Source: Centroscyllium fabricii (Eukaryota). Taken from it: a stretch of 64,000 nucleotides of DNA. The stretch is taken from NCBI GenBank assembly GCA_051313645.2, contig JBNRSN020000089.1:3038001-3102000 (forward strand). The letters run 5' to 3'. Below, one piece after another: positions 24,601 through 38,985 of this stretch (its first letter is position 1; the number at the start of each line of letters is the position of its first letter). A model generated the notes under the pieces. It saw nothing but the letters and a program-made list of their open reading frames with translations, did no database searches and was not told the DNA's origin. The position numbers and the translations under genes were made by a program.

Positions 24601-27600
24601 GCTGTCTCTAGTCTGGGAAGACCCTACCTCTTCACTTGCTGTCCGGAGACTGGGATGTCCCTACCCCATCCCTTGCTGTCTCTAGACTGGGAGGTCCCTA
24701 ACTTTTCCCTTGCTGTCTGGAGATTAGAATGTCCCTACCCCTTCCCTTTCTGTCTGGAGGCTGGGATGTTCCTACCGCATACCTTGCTGTCCAGAGACTG
24801 GGATGTTTCTACACCTTCCCTTGCTATCTGGAGACTGGGATGTCCCTACCTCTTCCCTTGCTGTCTGGAGACGGGGATGTTCCTACCTCTTACCTTGCTG
24901 TCTCTAGACTGGGATGTTCCAAACCCATCCCTTGCATTCCGGAGACTGTGATGTCCCTTCCCATCCCCTGCTCTCTGGAGACTGGGATGTGTCTACCCCA
25001 TCCCTTGCTGTCTCTAGACTGGGATGTCCCTACCCCTTCACTTGCTGTCCGGAGGCTGGGATGTTCCTACCCCATCCCTTGTTGTCCGGAGACTGGGATG
25101 TTCCTACCTCTACCCTTGCTGTCTGGAGACTGGGATGTTCCTATCTCTTCCCTTGCTGTGTGGAGACTGGGAAGTCCCTACCTCATCCCTTGCTGTCTAT
25201 AGACTTCGATGTTCCTACCACTTCCCTTGCTGTCTGGAGACTGGGATGATCCTACCACATCCGTTGCTGTCTGGAGACTGGGATGTACCGTCCCCATCCT
25301 TTTCTGTCCAGAGACTGGGATTTTCCTACCTCTTCGCTTGCTGTCTGGAGACTGGGATGACACTACCTCTTCCCTTGCTGTCTGGATACTGGGATGTACC
25401 AACCCCATCCCTTGCTGTCCGGAGACTGGGATGTCCCTACTCTTTCCCTTGCTGTCCAGAGACTGGAATGTTCCTACCTCTTCCCTTGCTGTCTGTAGAC
25501 TGGGATGTCCCTACCCCTTCCCTTGCTGTCCAGAGACTGGCATATTCCTACCTATTCCCTTGCTGTCTGGAGACTGGGATGTTCCTACCCCATCTTTTGC
25601 TGTCTCTAGACTGCGATGTTCATAACCCTTCCCTTGCTGTCTGTAGACTGGGATGTCCCTACCTCTTCCCTTGCTGTCTCTAGACTGGAATGTACGTACC
25701 CCATCCCTTGCTGTCTCTAGACTGGGATGTTCTTACCCCTTCCCCTGCTGTTTGGAGACTGGGATATTCCTACCCCTTCCCTAGCTGTCTGGAGTCTGGG
25801 ATGTCCCTACCCCATCACTTGATGTCCAGAGACTGAGATGTTCCATCCCTCTCCCTTTCTTTTTTGTGGCTGGGAGGTTCCTACCTCTTCCCTTGCTGTC
25901 CAGAGATTGTGAAGTCCCTAGCTCTTCATTTGCTGTCTGGAGACTGGGATGCTCCTGCCTCTTCCCTTGCTGTCCGGAGACTGGGATGTTCCTACCACAT
26001 CATTAGCTGTCTGGAGACTGGGATGTTCCTACCCCATCCCTTGCTGTCTGGAGACTGGGATGTCCCTAGCTCTTCCCTTGCTGTCTGGAGACTGGGATGT
26101 TCCTGCCTCTTCCCTTGCTGTCCGGAGACTGGGATGTTCCTACCCCATCTCTTGCTGTCTGGAGACGGGGATGTTCCTATCCCATCCCATGCTGTCTGGA
26201 GATTTGGATGTGCCTAGCTCTTCCCTTGCTGTCTGGAGACTGGGATGTTCCTGCCTCATCTCTTGCTGTCCGGAGACTGGGGTTTTCCTACCCCATCACT
26301 TGCTGTCTGGAGTCTGGGATGTCCCTACCCCATCCCTTGCTGTCTGGAGACTGGTATGTTCCTACCCCATCCCTTGCTGTCTGGAGACTGGAATGTTCCT
26401 ACCCCATCCCTTGCTGTCCGGCGACTGGGATGTCCCTACCCCTTCACTTGCTGTCTCTAGACTAGGATGTTCCTACCCCATCCCTTGCTGTCTGGAGACT
26501 GGGATGTTCCTATCTCATCCCTTGCTGTCTCTAGACTGGGTTGTCCCTACCCCATCCCTTGCTGTCCGGAGACTGGGGTGTTCCTAACCCATCCCTTGCT
26601 GTCTGGAGACTGGGATGTCCCTACCCGTTCCCTTGCTGTCCAGAGACTGGCATGTTCCTACATCTTCCCTTGCTGTCTGGAGACTGGGTTGTTCCTACCC
26701 CATCCCTTGCTGTCTCTAGACTAGGATGTTCCTACCCAATCCCTTGCTGTCTGGAGACTGTAATGTTCCTACCTCATCCCTTGCTGTCTCTAGACTGGGT
26801 TGTCCCTACCCCATCCCTTGCTGTCCGGAGACTGGGATGTTCCTAACCCATCCCTTGCTGTCTGGAGACTGGGATGTCCCTACCCGTTCCGTTGCTGTCC
26901 AGAGACTGGCATGTTCCTACATCTTCCCTTGCTGTCTGGAGACTGGGATGTTCCTACCCCATCCCTTGCTGTCTATAGACTGGGATGTTCCTACCCCTTC
27001 ACTTCCTGTCTCTAGACTGGGATGTTCCTATTCCTTCCCTTGCTTTCTGGAGACTGGGATGTTCCTACCCCATCTCTTGCTCTCTCTAGTCTGGGAAGTC
27101 CCTACCTCTTCCCTTGCTGTCCGGAGACTGAGATGTCCCTACCCCATCCCTTGCTGTCTCTCGCCTGGGAGGTCCCTAACTTTTACCTTGCTGTCTGTAG
27201 ACTAGAATGTCCCTACCCCTTCCCTTTTTGTCTGGAGGCTGTGAAGTTCCTACCGCATACCTTGCTGTCCAGAGACTGGGATGTTCCTATACCTTCCCTT
27301 GCGGTCTGGAGACTGGGGTGTCCCTACCTCTTCCCTTGCTGTCTGGAGACTGGGATGTTCCTACCTCTTCCCTTGCTGTCTCTAGACTGGGATGTTCCAA
27401 ACCCATCCCTTGCTGTCCGGAGACTGGGATGTCCCTTCCCATCCCCTGCTCTCTTGAGACTGGGATGTGTCTACCCCATCCCTTGCTGTCTCTAGACTGG
27501 GATGTTCCTACCTCTTCACTTGCTGTCCGGAGGCTGGGATGTTCCTACCCCATCCCTTGCTGTCCGGCGACTGGGATGTCCCTACCCCTTCCCTTGCTGT

Positions 27601-30600
27601 CTCTAGACTATGATTTTCCTACCCCATCCCTTGCTGTCTGGAGATTGGGATGTTCCTACCTCATCCCTTGCTGTCTCTAGACTGGGTTGTCCCTACCCCA
27701 TCCCTTGCTGTCAGGAGACTGGGATCTCCCTAACCCATCCCTTGCTGTCTGGAGACTGGGATGTCCCTACCCGTTCCCTTGCTGTCCAGAGACTGGCATG
27801 TTCCTACATCTTCACTTGCTGTCTGGAGTCTGGGATGTTCCTACCCCATCCCTTGCTGTCTGGAGACTGGGATGTCCCTACCTCTTCCCTTTCTGTCTGA
27901 AGACTGGGATGTTCCTACCCCATCTCTTGCTGTCTCTAGAGTCTGATGTTCCTACCCCTTCCCTTGCTGTCTGGAAACTGGGATCTCCCTAACTCTTCCC
28001 TTGCTGTCTCTAGACTGGGATGTCCCTACCCCATCCCTTGCTGTCTCTAGACTGGGATGTTCCTACCACTTCACTTCCTGTCTCTAGAATGGGATGTTCC
28101 TATTCCTTCCCTTGCTTTCTGGAGACTGGGATGTTCCTAACCCATCTCTTGCTGTCTCTAGTCTGGGAAGTCCCTACCTCTTCCCTTGCTGTCCGGAGAC
28201 TGGGATGTCCCTACCCCATCCCTTGCTGTCTCTAGACTGGGAGGTCCCTAAATTTTCCCTTGCTGTCTGGAGACTAGACTGTACCTACCCCTTCCCTTTC
28301 TGTCTGGAGGCTGGGATGTTCCTACCGCATACCTTGCTGTCCAGAGACTGGGATTTTCCTACACCTTCCCTTGCTGTCTGGAGACTGGTATGTCCCTACC
28401 TCTTCCCTTGCTGTCTGGAGACTGGGATGTTCCTACCTCTTCCCTTGCTGTCTCTAGACTGGGATGTTCCAAACACATCCCTTGCTGTTCGGAGACTGGG
28501 ATGTTCCTACCCATCCCCTGCTCTCTGGAGACTGGGATGTTCTACCCCATCCCTTGCTGTCTCTAGACTGGGATGTCCCTACCCCTTCACTTGCTGTCCG
28601 GAGGCTGGGATGTTCCTACCCCATCCCTTGCTGTCCGGAGACTGGGATATTCCTACCTCTACCCTTGCTGTCTGGAGACTGGGATGTTCCTATCTCTTCC
28701 CTTGCTGTCTGCAGACTTGGAAGTCCCTAACTCATCCTTTGCTGTCTATAGACTTCGATGTTCCTACCCCTTCCCTTGCTGTCTGGAGACTTTGATGATC
28801 CAACCACATCCCTTGCTGTCTGGAGACTGGGATGTACCTACCCATCCCTTGCTGTCCAGAGACTGGGATTTTCCTACCCCTTCGCTTGCTGTCTGGAGAC
28901 TGGGATGACCCTACATCATCCCTTGCTGTCTGGATACTGGGATGTACCAACCCCATCCTTTGCTGTCCGGAGACTGGGATGTCCCTACTCTTTCCCTTGC
29001 TGTCCAGAGACTGGAATGTTCCTACCTCTTCCCTTGCTGTCTGTAGACTTGGATGTTCCGACCACTTCCCTTGCTGTCTGGAGACTGGGATGTTACTACC
29101 CCTTCCCTTGCTGTCTCTAGACTGAGATGTTCCTACCCCTTTCCTTGCTGTCTGGAGACTGGGATGTCCCTACCCCATCCCTTGATGTCCAGAGACTGGG
29201 ATGATCCTACCCCATCCCTTGCTGTCCGGAGACTGGGATGTCCCTATCCCATTCCTTGCTGTCTCTAGACTGGAATGTTCCTACCCCTTCCCTTGCTGTC
29301 TGGAGTCTGGGATGTCCCTATCCCATCCCTTCCCGTCTGGAGACTGGGATGTTCCTACCCCTTCCCTTGCTGTCCAGAGACTGGAATGTTCCTACCTCTT
29401 CCTTTGCTGTCTGGAGACTGGGATGTTCCTAACCCATCCCTTGCTGTCCGGAGACTGGGATGTTCCTACCACATCCCTTGCTGTCTGGAGACTGGGATAT
29501 CCCTTCCCCATCCCTTGCTGTCTAGAGACTAGGATGTTCCTACCCCCTCGCTTGCTGTCTGGAGACTGGGATGACCCTACCTCTTCCCTTGCTGTCTGGA
29601 GACTGGGATGTACCTAACCCATCCCTTGCTGTCCGTAGACTGGGATGTCCCTACTCCTTCCCTTGCTGTCCAGAGACTGGAATGTTCCTAACTCTTCCCT
29701 TGCTCTCTGAAGACTTGGATGTTCCTACCCCTTCCCTTGATCTCTGGAGACTGGGATTTTGCTACCCCTTCCATTGCTGTCTCTAGACTGAAATGTTCCT
29801 ACCCCTTTCCTTGCTGTCTGGAGACTGGGATTTCACTACCCCATCCCATGATGTCCAGAGACTGGGATGTTCCTACACCATCCCTTGCTTTCCGGAGACT
29901 GGGATGTCCCTATCCCATCCCTTGCTGTCTCTAGACTGGAATGTTCCTACCCCTTCCCTTGCTGTCTGTAGACTGGGATGTCCCTACCCCATCCTTTCCC
30001 GTCTGGAGACAGGGATTCTCCTACCCCTTCCGTTGCTGTCCAGAGTCTGGAATGTTCTTACACTCTTCCTTTGCTGTCTGGAGACTGGGATGTTCCTAAA
30101 CCATCCCTTGCTGTCCGGAGACTTGGATGTCCCTAACCCTTCCTTTGCTGTCTGGAGACTGGGATGTTCCTTCCGCATCTCTTGCTGTCTCTAGACTGGG
30201 ATGTTCCTAACCCTTCCCTTGCTGTCTGGAGACTGGGATGTCCCTACCTCTTCCCTTGCTGTCTCTAGTCTGGGATGTCCCAACCCCATCCCTTGCTGTC
30301 AATAGACTGGGATGTTCCTACCCCTTCCCTTGCTGTTTGGAGACTGGGATGTTCCTACCCCTTCCCTTGCTGTCTGGAGACTGGGATGATACTACCCCAT
30401 CCCTTGATGTCAAGAGACTGAGATGTTCCTACCCTATCCCTTGCTGTCTGGAGGCTGGGATGTTCCTACCCCTTCCCTTACTGTCCAGAGATTGGGATGT
30501 CCCTAGCTCTTCCCTTGCTGTCTGGAGACTGGGATGTTCCTGTCTCATCCCTTGCTGTCCGGAGACTGGGATGTTCCTACCCCATCACTTGCAGTCTGGC

Positions 30601-33600
30601 GACTGGGATGTTCCTACACCATCTCTTGCTGTCTGGAGACGGGGATGTCCCTAGCTCTTCCCTTGCTGTCTGGAGACTGTGATGTTCCTGCCTCATCCCT
30701 TGCTGTCCGGAAACTGGGAAGTTCCTACCTCATCCCTTGCTGTCTGGAGACTGGGAAGTTCCTATCCCATCCCTTGCTGTCTGGAGATTGGGATGTCCTT
30801 AGCTCTTCCATTGCTGTCTGGAGACTGGGATGCTCCTGCCTCTTCCCTTGCTGTCCGGAGACTGGGATGTTCCTATCCCATCCCTTGCTGTCTGGATACT
30901 GGGATGTTCCATCCCCATCCCTTGCTGTCTGGAGACTGGGATGTTCGTAACCCATCCCTTGCTGTCTGGAGACTGGAATTTTCCTAACCCATCCCTTGCT
31001 GTCCGGCGACTGGGATGTCCCTACCCCTTCCCTTGCTGTCTCTAGTCTAGGATGTTCCTAACCCATCCCTTGCTGTCTGGAGACTGGGATGTTCCTACCC
31101 CATCCCTTGCTGTCCCTAGACTGGGTTGTCTCTACCCCATCCCTTGCTGTCCGGAGACTGGGATGTTCCTAACCCATCCCTTGCTGTCTGGAGACTGGGA
31201 TGTCCCTACCCCTTCCCTTGCTGTCCAGAGACTGGCATGTTCCTACATCTTCCCTTGTTGTCTGTAGACTGGGATGTTCCTACCCCATTCCTTGCTGTCC
31301 GGAGATTGGGATGTCCCTACCACTTCCCTTGCTGTCTGGAGACTGGGATGTTCCTACCCCATCTCTTGCTGTCTCTAGAGTGCGATGTTCCTACCCCTTC
31401 CCTTGTGGTCTGGAAACTGGAACCTCCCTACCTCTTCCCGTGCAGTCTCTAGACTGGGATGTCCCTACCCCATCCCTTGCTGTCTCTAGACTGGGATGTT
31501 CCTACCCCTTCACTTGCTGTTTGGAGACTGGGATGTTCCTACCACTTCCCTTGCTGTCTGGAGACTGGGATGTCCCTACCCCATCCCTTGATGTCCAGAG
31601 ACTGAGATGTTCCTAACCTATCCCTTGCTGTCTGGAGGCTGGGATGTTCCTACCCCTTCCCTTGCTGTCCAGAGATTGGGATGTCCCTAACTCTTCCCTT
31701 GCTGTCTGGAGACTGGGATGTTCCTGCCTCTTCCATTGCTGTCCGGAGACTGGGATGTTCCTACCCCATCACTTGCTGTCTGGAGACTGGGATGTTCCTA
31801 ACCCATCCCTTGCTGTCTGGAGACTGAGATGTCCATAGCTCTTCCCTTGCTGTCTGGAGACTGGGATGTTCCTGCCTCTTCCCTTGCTTTCCGGAGACTG
31901 GGATGTTCTTAGCCCATCCCTTGCTGTATGGAGACGGGGATGTTCCTATCCCATCCCTTGCTGTCTGGAGATTGGGATGTCCCTAGCTCTTACCTTGCTG
32001 TCTGGAGACTGCGATGTTCCTCTCTCTTCCCTTGCTGTCCGGAGACTGGGATGTTCCTACCCCAGCCCTTGCTGTCTGGAGACTGGGATGTTCCTACCCC
32101 ATTCCTTGCTGTCTGGAGACTGGGATGTTCCTACCACATCCCTTGCTGTCCGTCGACTGGGATGTCCCTAATCATTCCCTTGCTGTCTCTAGACTAGGAT
32201 ATTCCTACCCCATCCCTTGCTGTCTGGAGACTGGGATGTTCCAACCCCATGCCTTGCTGTCTCTAGACAGGATTGTCCCTACCCCATCCCTTGCTGTCCG
32301 GAGACTGGGATGTTCCTAACCCATCCCTTGCTGTCTGGAGTCTGGGATGTCTCTACCCCTTCCCTTGCTGTCCAGAGACTGGCATGTTCCTACCTCTTCC
32401 CTTGCTGTCTGGAGACTGAGATGTTCCTACCCCATCCCTTGCTGTCCGGAGACTGCGATGTCCCTACCACTTCCCTTGCTGTCTGGAGACTGGGATGTTC
32501 CTACCCCATCTCTTGCTGTCTCTAGTGTGCGATGTTCCTACCCCTTACCTTGCTGTCTGGAAACTGGGATCTCCCTACCTCTTCCCTTGCAGTCTCTAGA
32601 CTGGGATGTCCCTACCCCATCCCTTGCTGTCTCTAGACTGGGATGTTCCTACCCCTTCACTTCCTGCCTCTAGACTGGGATGTTCCTACTCCTTCCCATG
32701 CTTTCTGGAGACTGGGATGTTCCTACCCCATCTCTTGCTGTCTCTAGTCTGGGAAGTCCCTATCTCTTCCCTTGCTGTCCGGAGACTGGGATGTTCCTAC
32801 CCCATCCCTTGCTGTCTCTAGACTGGGAGGTCCCTAAATTTCCCTTGCTGTCTGGAGACTAGAATGTCCCTAACCCTTCCCTTTCTGTCTGGAGGCTGGG
32901 ATGTTCCTACCGCATACCTTGCTTTCCAGAGACTGGGATGTTCCTACACCTTCCCTTGCTTTCTGGAGACTGGGATGACCCTACCTCTTCCCTTGCTGTC
33001 TGGAGACTGGGATGTTCCTACCTCTTCCATTGCTGTCTCTAGACTGGGATGTTCCAATCCCATCCCTTGCTGTCCGGAGACTGGGATGTCCCTACCCATC
33101 CCCTGCTCTCTGGAGACTGGGATGTTCCTACACCATCCCTTGCTGTCTCTAGACTGGGATGTCCCTACCCCTTCACTTGCTGTCCGCAGTCTGGGATGTC
33201 CCTACCCCATCCCTTGCAGTCCGGTGACTGAGAAGTTCCCACCCTATCCTTTACTGTCTGGAGACTGGGATGTTCCTACCCAATCCCTTGCAGTCCGGCG
33301 ACTCGGATGTCCCGACCGCTTCTCTTGCTGTCTCTAGACTAGGATGTTCCTACCCCATCCCTTGCTGTCTGGAGTCTGTGATGTTCCTACCCCATTCCTT
33401 GCTTTCTCTAGACTGGGTTGTCCCTACCCCATCCCTTGCTGTTCGGAGACTGGGATGCCCCTACCCCTTCCCTTGCTGTCTGGAGACTGGGATGTTCCTA
33501 ACCCATCCCTTGCTGTCTGGAGACTGGGATGTACCTACCCCTTCCCTTGCTGTCCAGAGACTGGAATGTGCCTACCTCTTCCCTTGCTGTCTGGAGACTG

Positions 33601-34589
33601 GGATGTTCCTACCCCATCCCTTGCTGTCCGGAGACTGGGATGTCCCAACCACTTCCCTTGCTGTCCAGAGTCTGGAATGTGCCTACCTCTTCCCTTGCTG
33701 TCTGGAGACTGGGATGTTCCTACCCCATCCCTTGCTGTCTGGAGTCTGGGATGCTCCTACCCCATCTCTTGCTGTCTCTAGTCTGCGATGTTCATACCCC
33801 TTCCCTTGCTGTCTGTAGACTGGGATTTCCCTACCTCTTCCCTTGCTGTCTCTAGACTGGGATGTCCCTAGCCCATCCCTTGCTGTCTCTAGACTGGGAT
33901 GTTCCTACCCCTTCCCTTGCTGTTTGGAGACTGGGATGTTCCTACCCCTTCCCTTGCTGTCTGGAGTCTGGGATGTCCCTACCCCATCCCTTGATGTCCA
34001 GAGACTGAGATGTTCCTAACCTATCCCTTGCTGTCTGGAGGCTGGGATGTTCCTACCCCTTCCCTTGCTGTCCAGAGATTGGGATGTCCCTAACTCTTCC
34101 CTTGCTGTCTGGAGACTGGGATGTTCCTGCCTCTTCCATTGCTGTCCAGAGACTGGGATGTTCCTACCCCATCACTTGCTGTCTGGAGACTGGGATTTTC
34201 CTAACACATCCCTCGCTGTCTGGAGACTGAGATGTCCATAGCTCTTCCCTTGCTGTCTGGAGACTGGGATGTTCCTGCCTCTTCCCTTGCTTTCCTGAGA
34301 CTGGGATGTTCTTAGCCCATCCCTTGCTGTATGGAGACGGGGATGTTCCTATCCCATCCCTTGCTGTCTGGAGATTGGGATGTCCCTAGCTCTTACCTTG
34401 CTGTCTGGAGACTGGGATATTCCTGTCTCTTCCCTCGCTGTCCGGAGACTGGGATGTTCCTACCCCATCCCTTGCTGTCTGGGGACTGGGATGTTCCTAC
34501 CCCATTCCTTGCTGTCTGGAGACTGGGATGTTCCTACCACATCCCTTGCTGTCCGTCGACTGGGATGTCCCTAACCATTCCCTTGCTGT

Positions 34590-36290
34590 CTCTAGACTAG
34601 GATATTCCTACCCCATCCCTTGCTGTCTGGAGACTGGGATGTTCCAACCCCATGCCTTGCTGTCTCTAGACAGGGTTGTCCCTACCCCATCCCTTGCTGT
34701 CCGGAGACTGGGATGTTCCTAACCCATCCCTTGCTGTCTGGAGACTGGGATGTCTCTACCCCTTCCCTTTCTGTCCAGAGACTGGCATGTTCCTACCTCT
34801 TCCCTTGCTCTCTGGAGACTGAGATGTTCCTACCCCATCCCTTGCTGTCCGGAGTCTGCGATGTCCCTACCACTTCCCTTGCTGTCTGGAGACTGGGATG
34901 TTCCTATCCCATCTCTTGCTGTCTCTAGAGTGCGATGTTCCTACCCCTTACCTTGCTGTCTGGAAACTGGGATCTCCCTACCTCTTCCCTTGCAGTCTCT
35001 AGACTGGGATGTCCCTAACCCATCCCTTGCTGTCTCTAGACTGGGATTTTCCTACCCCTTCACTTCCTGTCTCTAGTCTGGGATGTTCCTACTCCTTCCC
35101 TTGCTTTCTGGAGACTGGGATGTTCCTTCCCCATCTCTTGCTGTCTCTATTCTGGGAAGTCCCTACCTCTTCCCTTGCTGTCCGGAGACTGGGATGTCCC
35201 TACCCCATCCCTTGCTGTCTCTAGACTGTGAGTTCCCTATCTTTTCCCTTGCCTTCTGGAGACTAGAATGTCCCTACCCCTTCCCTTTCTGTCTGGAGGC
35301 TGGGGTGTTCCTACCGCATACCTTCCTGTCCAGAGACTGGGATGTTCCTACACCTTCCATTGCTGTCTGGAGACTGGGATGTCCCTACCTCTTCCCTTGC
35401 TGTCTGGAGTCTGGGATGTTCCTACCTCTTCCCTTGCTGTCTCTAGACTAGCATGTTCCTACCCCATCCCTTGCTGTCTGGAGACTGGGATGTTCCTACC
35501 CCATGCCTTGCTGTCTCTAGACAGGGTTGTCCCTACCCCATCCCTTGCTGTCCGGAGACTGGGATGTTCCTAACCCATCCCTTGCTGTCTGGAGACTGGG
35601 ATGTCTCTACCCCTTCCCTTGCTGTCCAGAGACTGGCATGTTCCTACCTCTTCCCTTGCTGTCTGGAGACTGAGGTGTTCCTACCCCATCCCTTGCTGTC
35701 CGGTGACTGGGATGTCCCTACCACTTCCCTTGCTGTCTGGAGACTGGGATGTTCCTACCCCATCTCTTGCTGTCTCTAGAGTGCGATGTTCCTACCCCTT
35801 ACCTTGCTGTCTGGAAACTGGGATCTCCCTACCTCTTCCCTTTCAGTCTCTAGACTGGGATGTCCCTACACCATCCCTTGCTGTCTCTAGACTGGGATGT
35901 TCCTACCCCTTCACTTCCTGTCTCTAGTCTGGGATGTTCCTACTCCTTCCCTTGCTTTCTGGAGACTGGGATGTTCCTACCCCATCTCTTGCTGTCTCTA
36001 TTCTGGGAAGTCCCTACCTCTTCCCTTGCTGTCCGGAGACTGGGATGTCCCTACCCCATCCCTTGCTGTCTCTAGACTGTGAGTTCCCTAACTTTTCCCA
36101 TGCTGTCTGGAGACTAGAATGTCCCTACCCCTTCCCTTTCTGTCTGGAGGCTGGGGTGTTCCTACCGCATACCTTGCTGTCCAGAGACTGGGATGTTCCT
36201 ACACCTTCCATTGCTGTCTGGAGACTGGGATGTCCCTACCTCTTCCCTTGCTGTCTGGAGTCTGGGATGTTCCTACCTCTTCCCTTGCTG
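34590..36290. repeat. Tandem duplication of 23 monomers (851 bp)
   Basis: CATGCC...GACAGGGTT at 34651/35502 and CTGTCTCTATTC at 35141/35992. Offset 851 = 23 x 37. Confidence 0.85.
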
Positions 36291-37129
36291 TCTCTAGACT
36301 GGGATGTTCCAACCCCATCCCTTGCTGTCCGGAGACTGGGATGTCCCTACCCATCCCCTGCTCCCTGGAGACTGGGATGTTCCTAACCCATCCCTTGCTG
36401 TCTCTAGACTGGGATGTTCCTACCCCTTCACTTGCTGTCCGGAGACTGGGATGTTCCTACCCCATCCCTTGCTGTCCGGAGACTGGTATGTTCCTACCTC
36501 TACCCTTGCTGTCTGGACACTGGGATGTTCAATCTCTTCCCTTGCTGTCTGGAGACTGGGAATTCCCAACCTCATCCCTTGCTGTCTATAGACTGCGATG
36601 TTCCTACCCCTTCCCTTGCTGTCTGGAGACTGGGATGATCCTACCACAACCCATGCTGTCTGGAGACTGGGGTGTCCCTTCCACATTCCTTGCTGTCCAG
36701 AGACTGGGATTTTCCTACCCCTTCGCTTGCTGTCTGGAGACTGGGATGACCCTACCTCTTCCCTTGCTGTCTGGATACTGGGATGTTCCTAACCCATCCC
36801 TTGCTGTCCGGAGACTGGGATGTCCATACTCCTTCCCTTGCTGTCCAGATACTGGAATGTTCCTACCTCTTCCCTTGCTGTCTGTAGACTTGGATGTTCC
36901 TACCCCTTCCCTTGCTGTCTGGAGACTGGGATGTTACTACCCCTTCCCTTGCTGTCTCTAGACTGAGATGTTCCTACCCCTTTCCTTGCTGTCTGGAGAC
37001 TGGGATGTCCCTACCCCATCCCTTGATGTCCAGAGACTGAGTAATTCCTACCCCATCCCGTGCTGTCCGGAGAATGGGACGTCCCTATCCCATCCCTTGC
37101 TGTCTCTAGACTGGAATGTTCCTACCCCT

Positions 37130-38985
37130 TCCCTTGCTGTCTGGAGACTGGGATGTCCCTACCACATCACTTCCCGTCTGGAGACTGGGATGTTCCTAAC
37201 CTTTCCCTTGCTGTCCAGAGTCTGGAATGGTCCTATCTCTTCTATTGCTGTCTGGAGACTGGAATGTTCCTAACCCATCCCTTGCTTTCCGGAGACTGGG
37301 ATGTTCCTAACTCATCCCTTGATGTCTGGAGACTGGGATGTCCCTTCCCCATCCCTTGCTGTCCAGAGACTAGGATGTTACTACCCCTTCGTTTGCTGTC
37401 TGGAGACTGGGATGACCCTACCTCTTCCCTTGCTGTCTGGAGACTGGGATGTACCTACCCCATCCCTTGCTGTCCGGAGACTGGGATGTCCCTACTACTT
37501 CCCATGCTGTCCAGAGACTGGAATGTTCCTACCTCTTCCCTTGCTGTCTGTAGACTTGGATGTTCCTACCCCTTCCCTTGCTGTCTGGAGACTGGGATGT
37601 TACTACCCCTTCCATTGATGTCTCTAGACTGAGATGTTCCTACCCCTTTCCTTGCAGTCTGGAGAATGGGATTTCACTACCCCATCCCTTGATGTCCAGA
37701 GACTGGGATGTTCCTACCCCATCCCTTGCTTTCCGGAGACTGGGATGTCCCTATCCCATCCCTTGCTGTCTCTAGGCTGGAATGTTCCTACCCCTTCCCT
37801 TTCTGTCTGGAGACTGGGATGTCCCTACCCCATTCTTTCCCGTCTGGAGACTGGGATGTCCCTACCCCTTCCCTTGCTGTCCACCGTCTGGAATGTTCTT
37901 ACCTCTTCCTTTGCTGTCAGGAGACTGGGATGTTCCTAACCTATCCCTTGCTGTCCGGAGACTGGGATGTCCCTAAACCTTCCCTTGCTGTCTGGAGACT
38001 GGGATGTTCCTTCCGCATCTCTTGCTGTCTCTAGACTGGGATGTCCCTACACCTTCCCTTGCTGTCTGGAGACTGGGATGTCCCTACCACATCCCTTCCC
38101 GTCTGGAGACTGGGATGTTCCTACCCCTTCCCTTGCTGTCCAGAGTCTGGAATGGTCCTAACTCTTCTTTTGCTGTCTGGAGACTGGGATGTTCCTAACC
38201 CATCCCTTGCTGTCCGGAGACTGGGATGTTCCTAACTCATCCCTTGATGTCTGGAGACTGGGATGTCCCTTCCCCATCCCTTGCTGTCCAGAGACTAGGA
38301 TGTTCCTACCCCTTCGCTTGCTGTCTGTAGACTGGGATGACCCTACCTCTTCCCTTGCTGTCTGGAGACTGGGATGTACCTACCCCATCGCTTGCTGTCC
38401 GGAGATTGGGATGTCCCTACTCCTTCCCTTGCTGTCCAGAGACTGGAATGTTCCTACCTCTTCCCTTGCTGTCTGTAGACTTGGATGTTCCTACACCTTC
38501 CCTTGCTGTCTGGAGACTGGGATGTTACTACCCCTTCCATTGCTGTCTCTAGACTGAGATGTTCCTATCCCTTTCCTTGCTGTCTGGAGACTGGGATGTC
38601 ACTACCCCATCCCTTGATGTCCAGAGACTGGGATGTTCCTACCCCATCCCTTGCTTTCCGGAGACTGGGATGACCCTATCCCATCCCTTGCTGTCTCTAG
38701 ACTGGAATGTTCCTACCCCTTCCCTTTCTGTCTGGAGACTGGGATGTCCCTACCCCATCCTTTCCCGTCTGGAGACTGGGATGTCCCTACCCCTTCCCTT
38801 GCTGTCCACAGTCTGGAATGTTCTTACCTATTCCTTTGCTGTCTGGAGACTGGGATGTTCCTAACCTATCCCTTGCTGTCCGGAGACTGGGATGTCCCTA
38901 ACCCTTCCTTTGCTGTCTGGAGACTGGGATGTTCCTTCCGCATCTCTTGCTGTCTCTAGACTGGGATGTTCCTACACCTTCCCTT
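37130..38985. repeat. Tandem duplication of 25 monomers (925 bp)
   Basis: TCTGGAATGGTCC at 37221/38146 and CTAACTCATCCCTTGATG at 37307/38232. Offset 925 = 25 x 37. Confidence 0.8.

Larger units (their letters stand above)
15500..27500. repeat. About three copies of a ~4.3-4.9-kb superunit made of two alternating ~2.2-2.4-kb HOR subtypes
   Basis: The T-rich marker CCCTTTCTTTTTTGTGGC occurs at 16671, 21603 and 25853 (offsets 4932 including the LINE, then 4250). The CCGCATACC landmark recurs near 15.6, 17.8, 20.5, 22.7, 24.8 and 27.3 kb. Confidence 0.75.
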
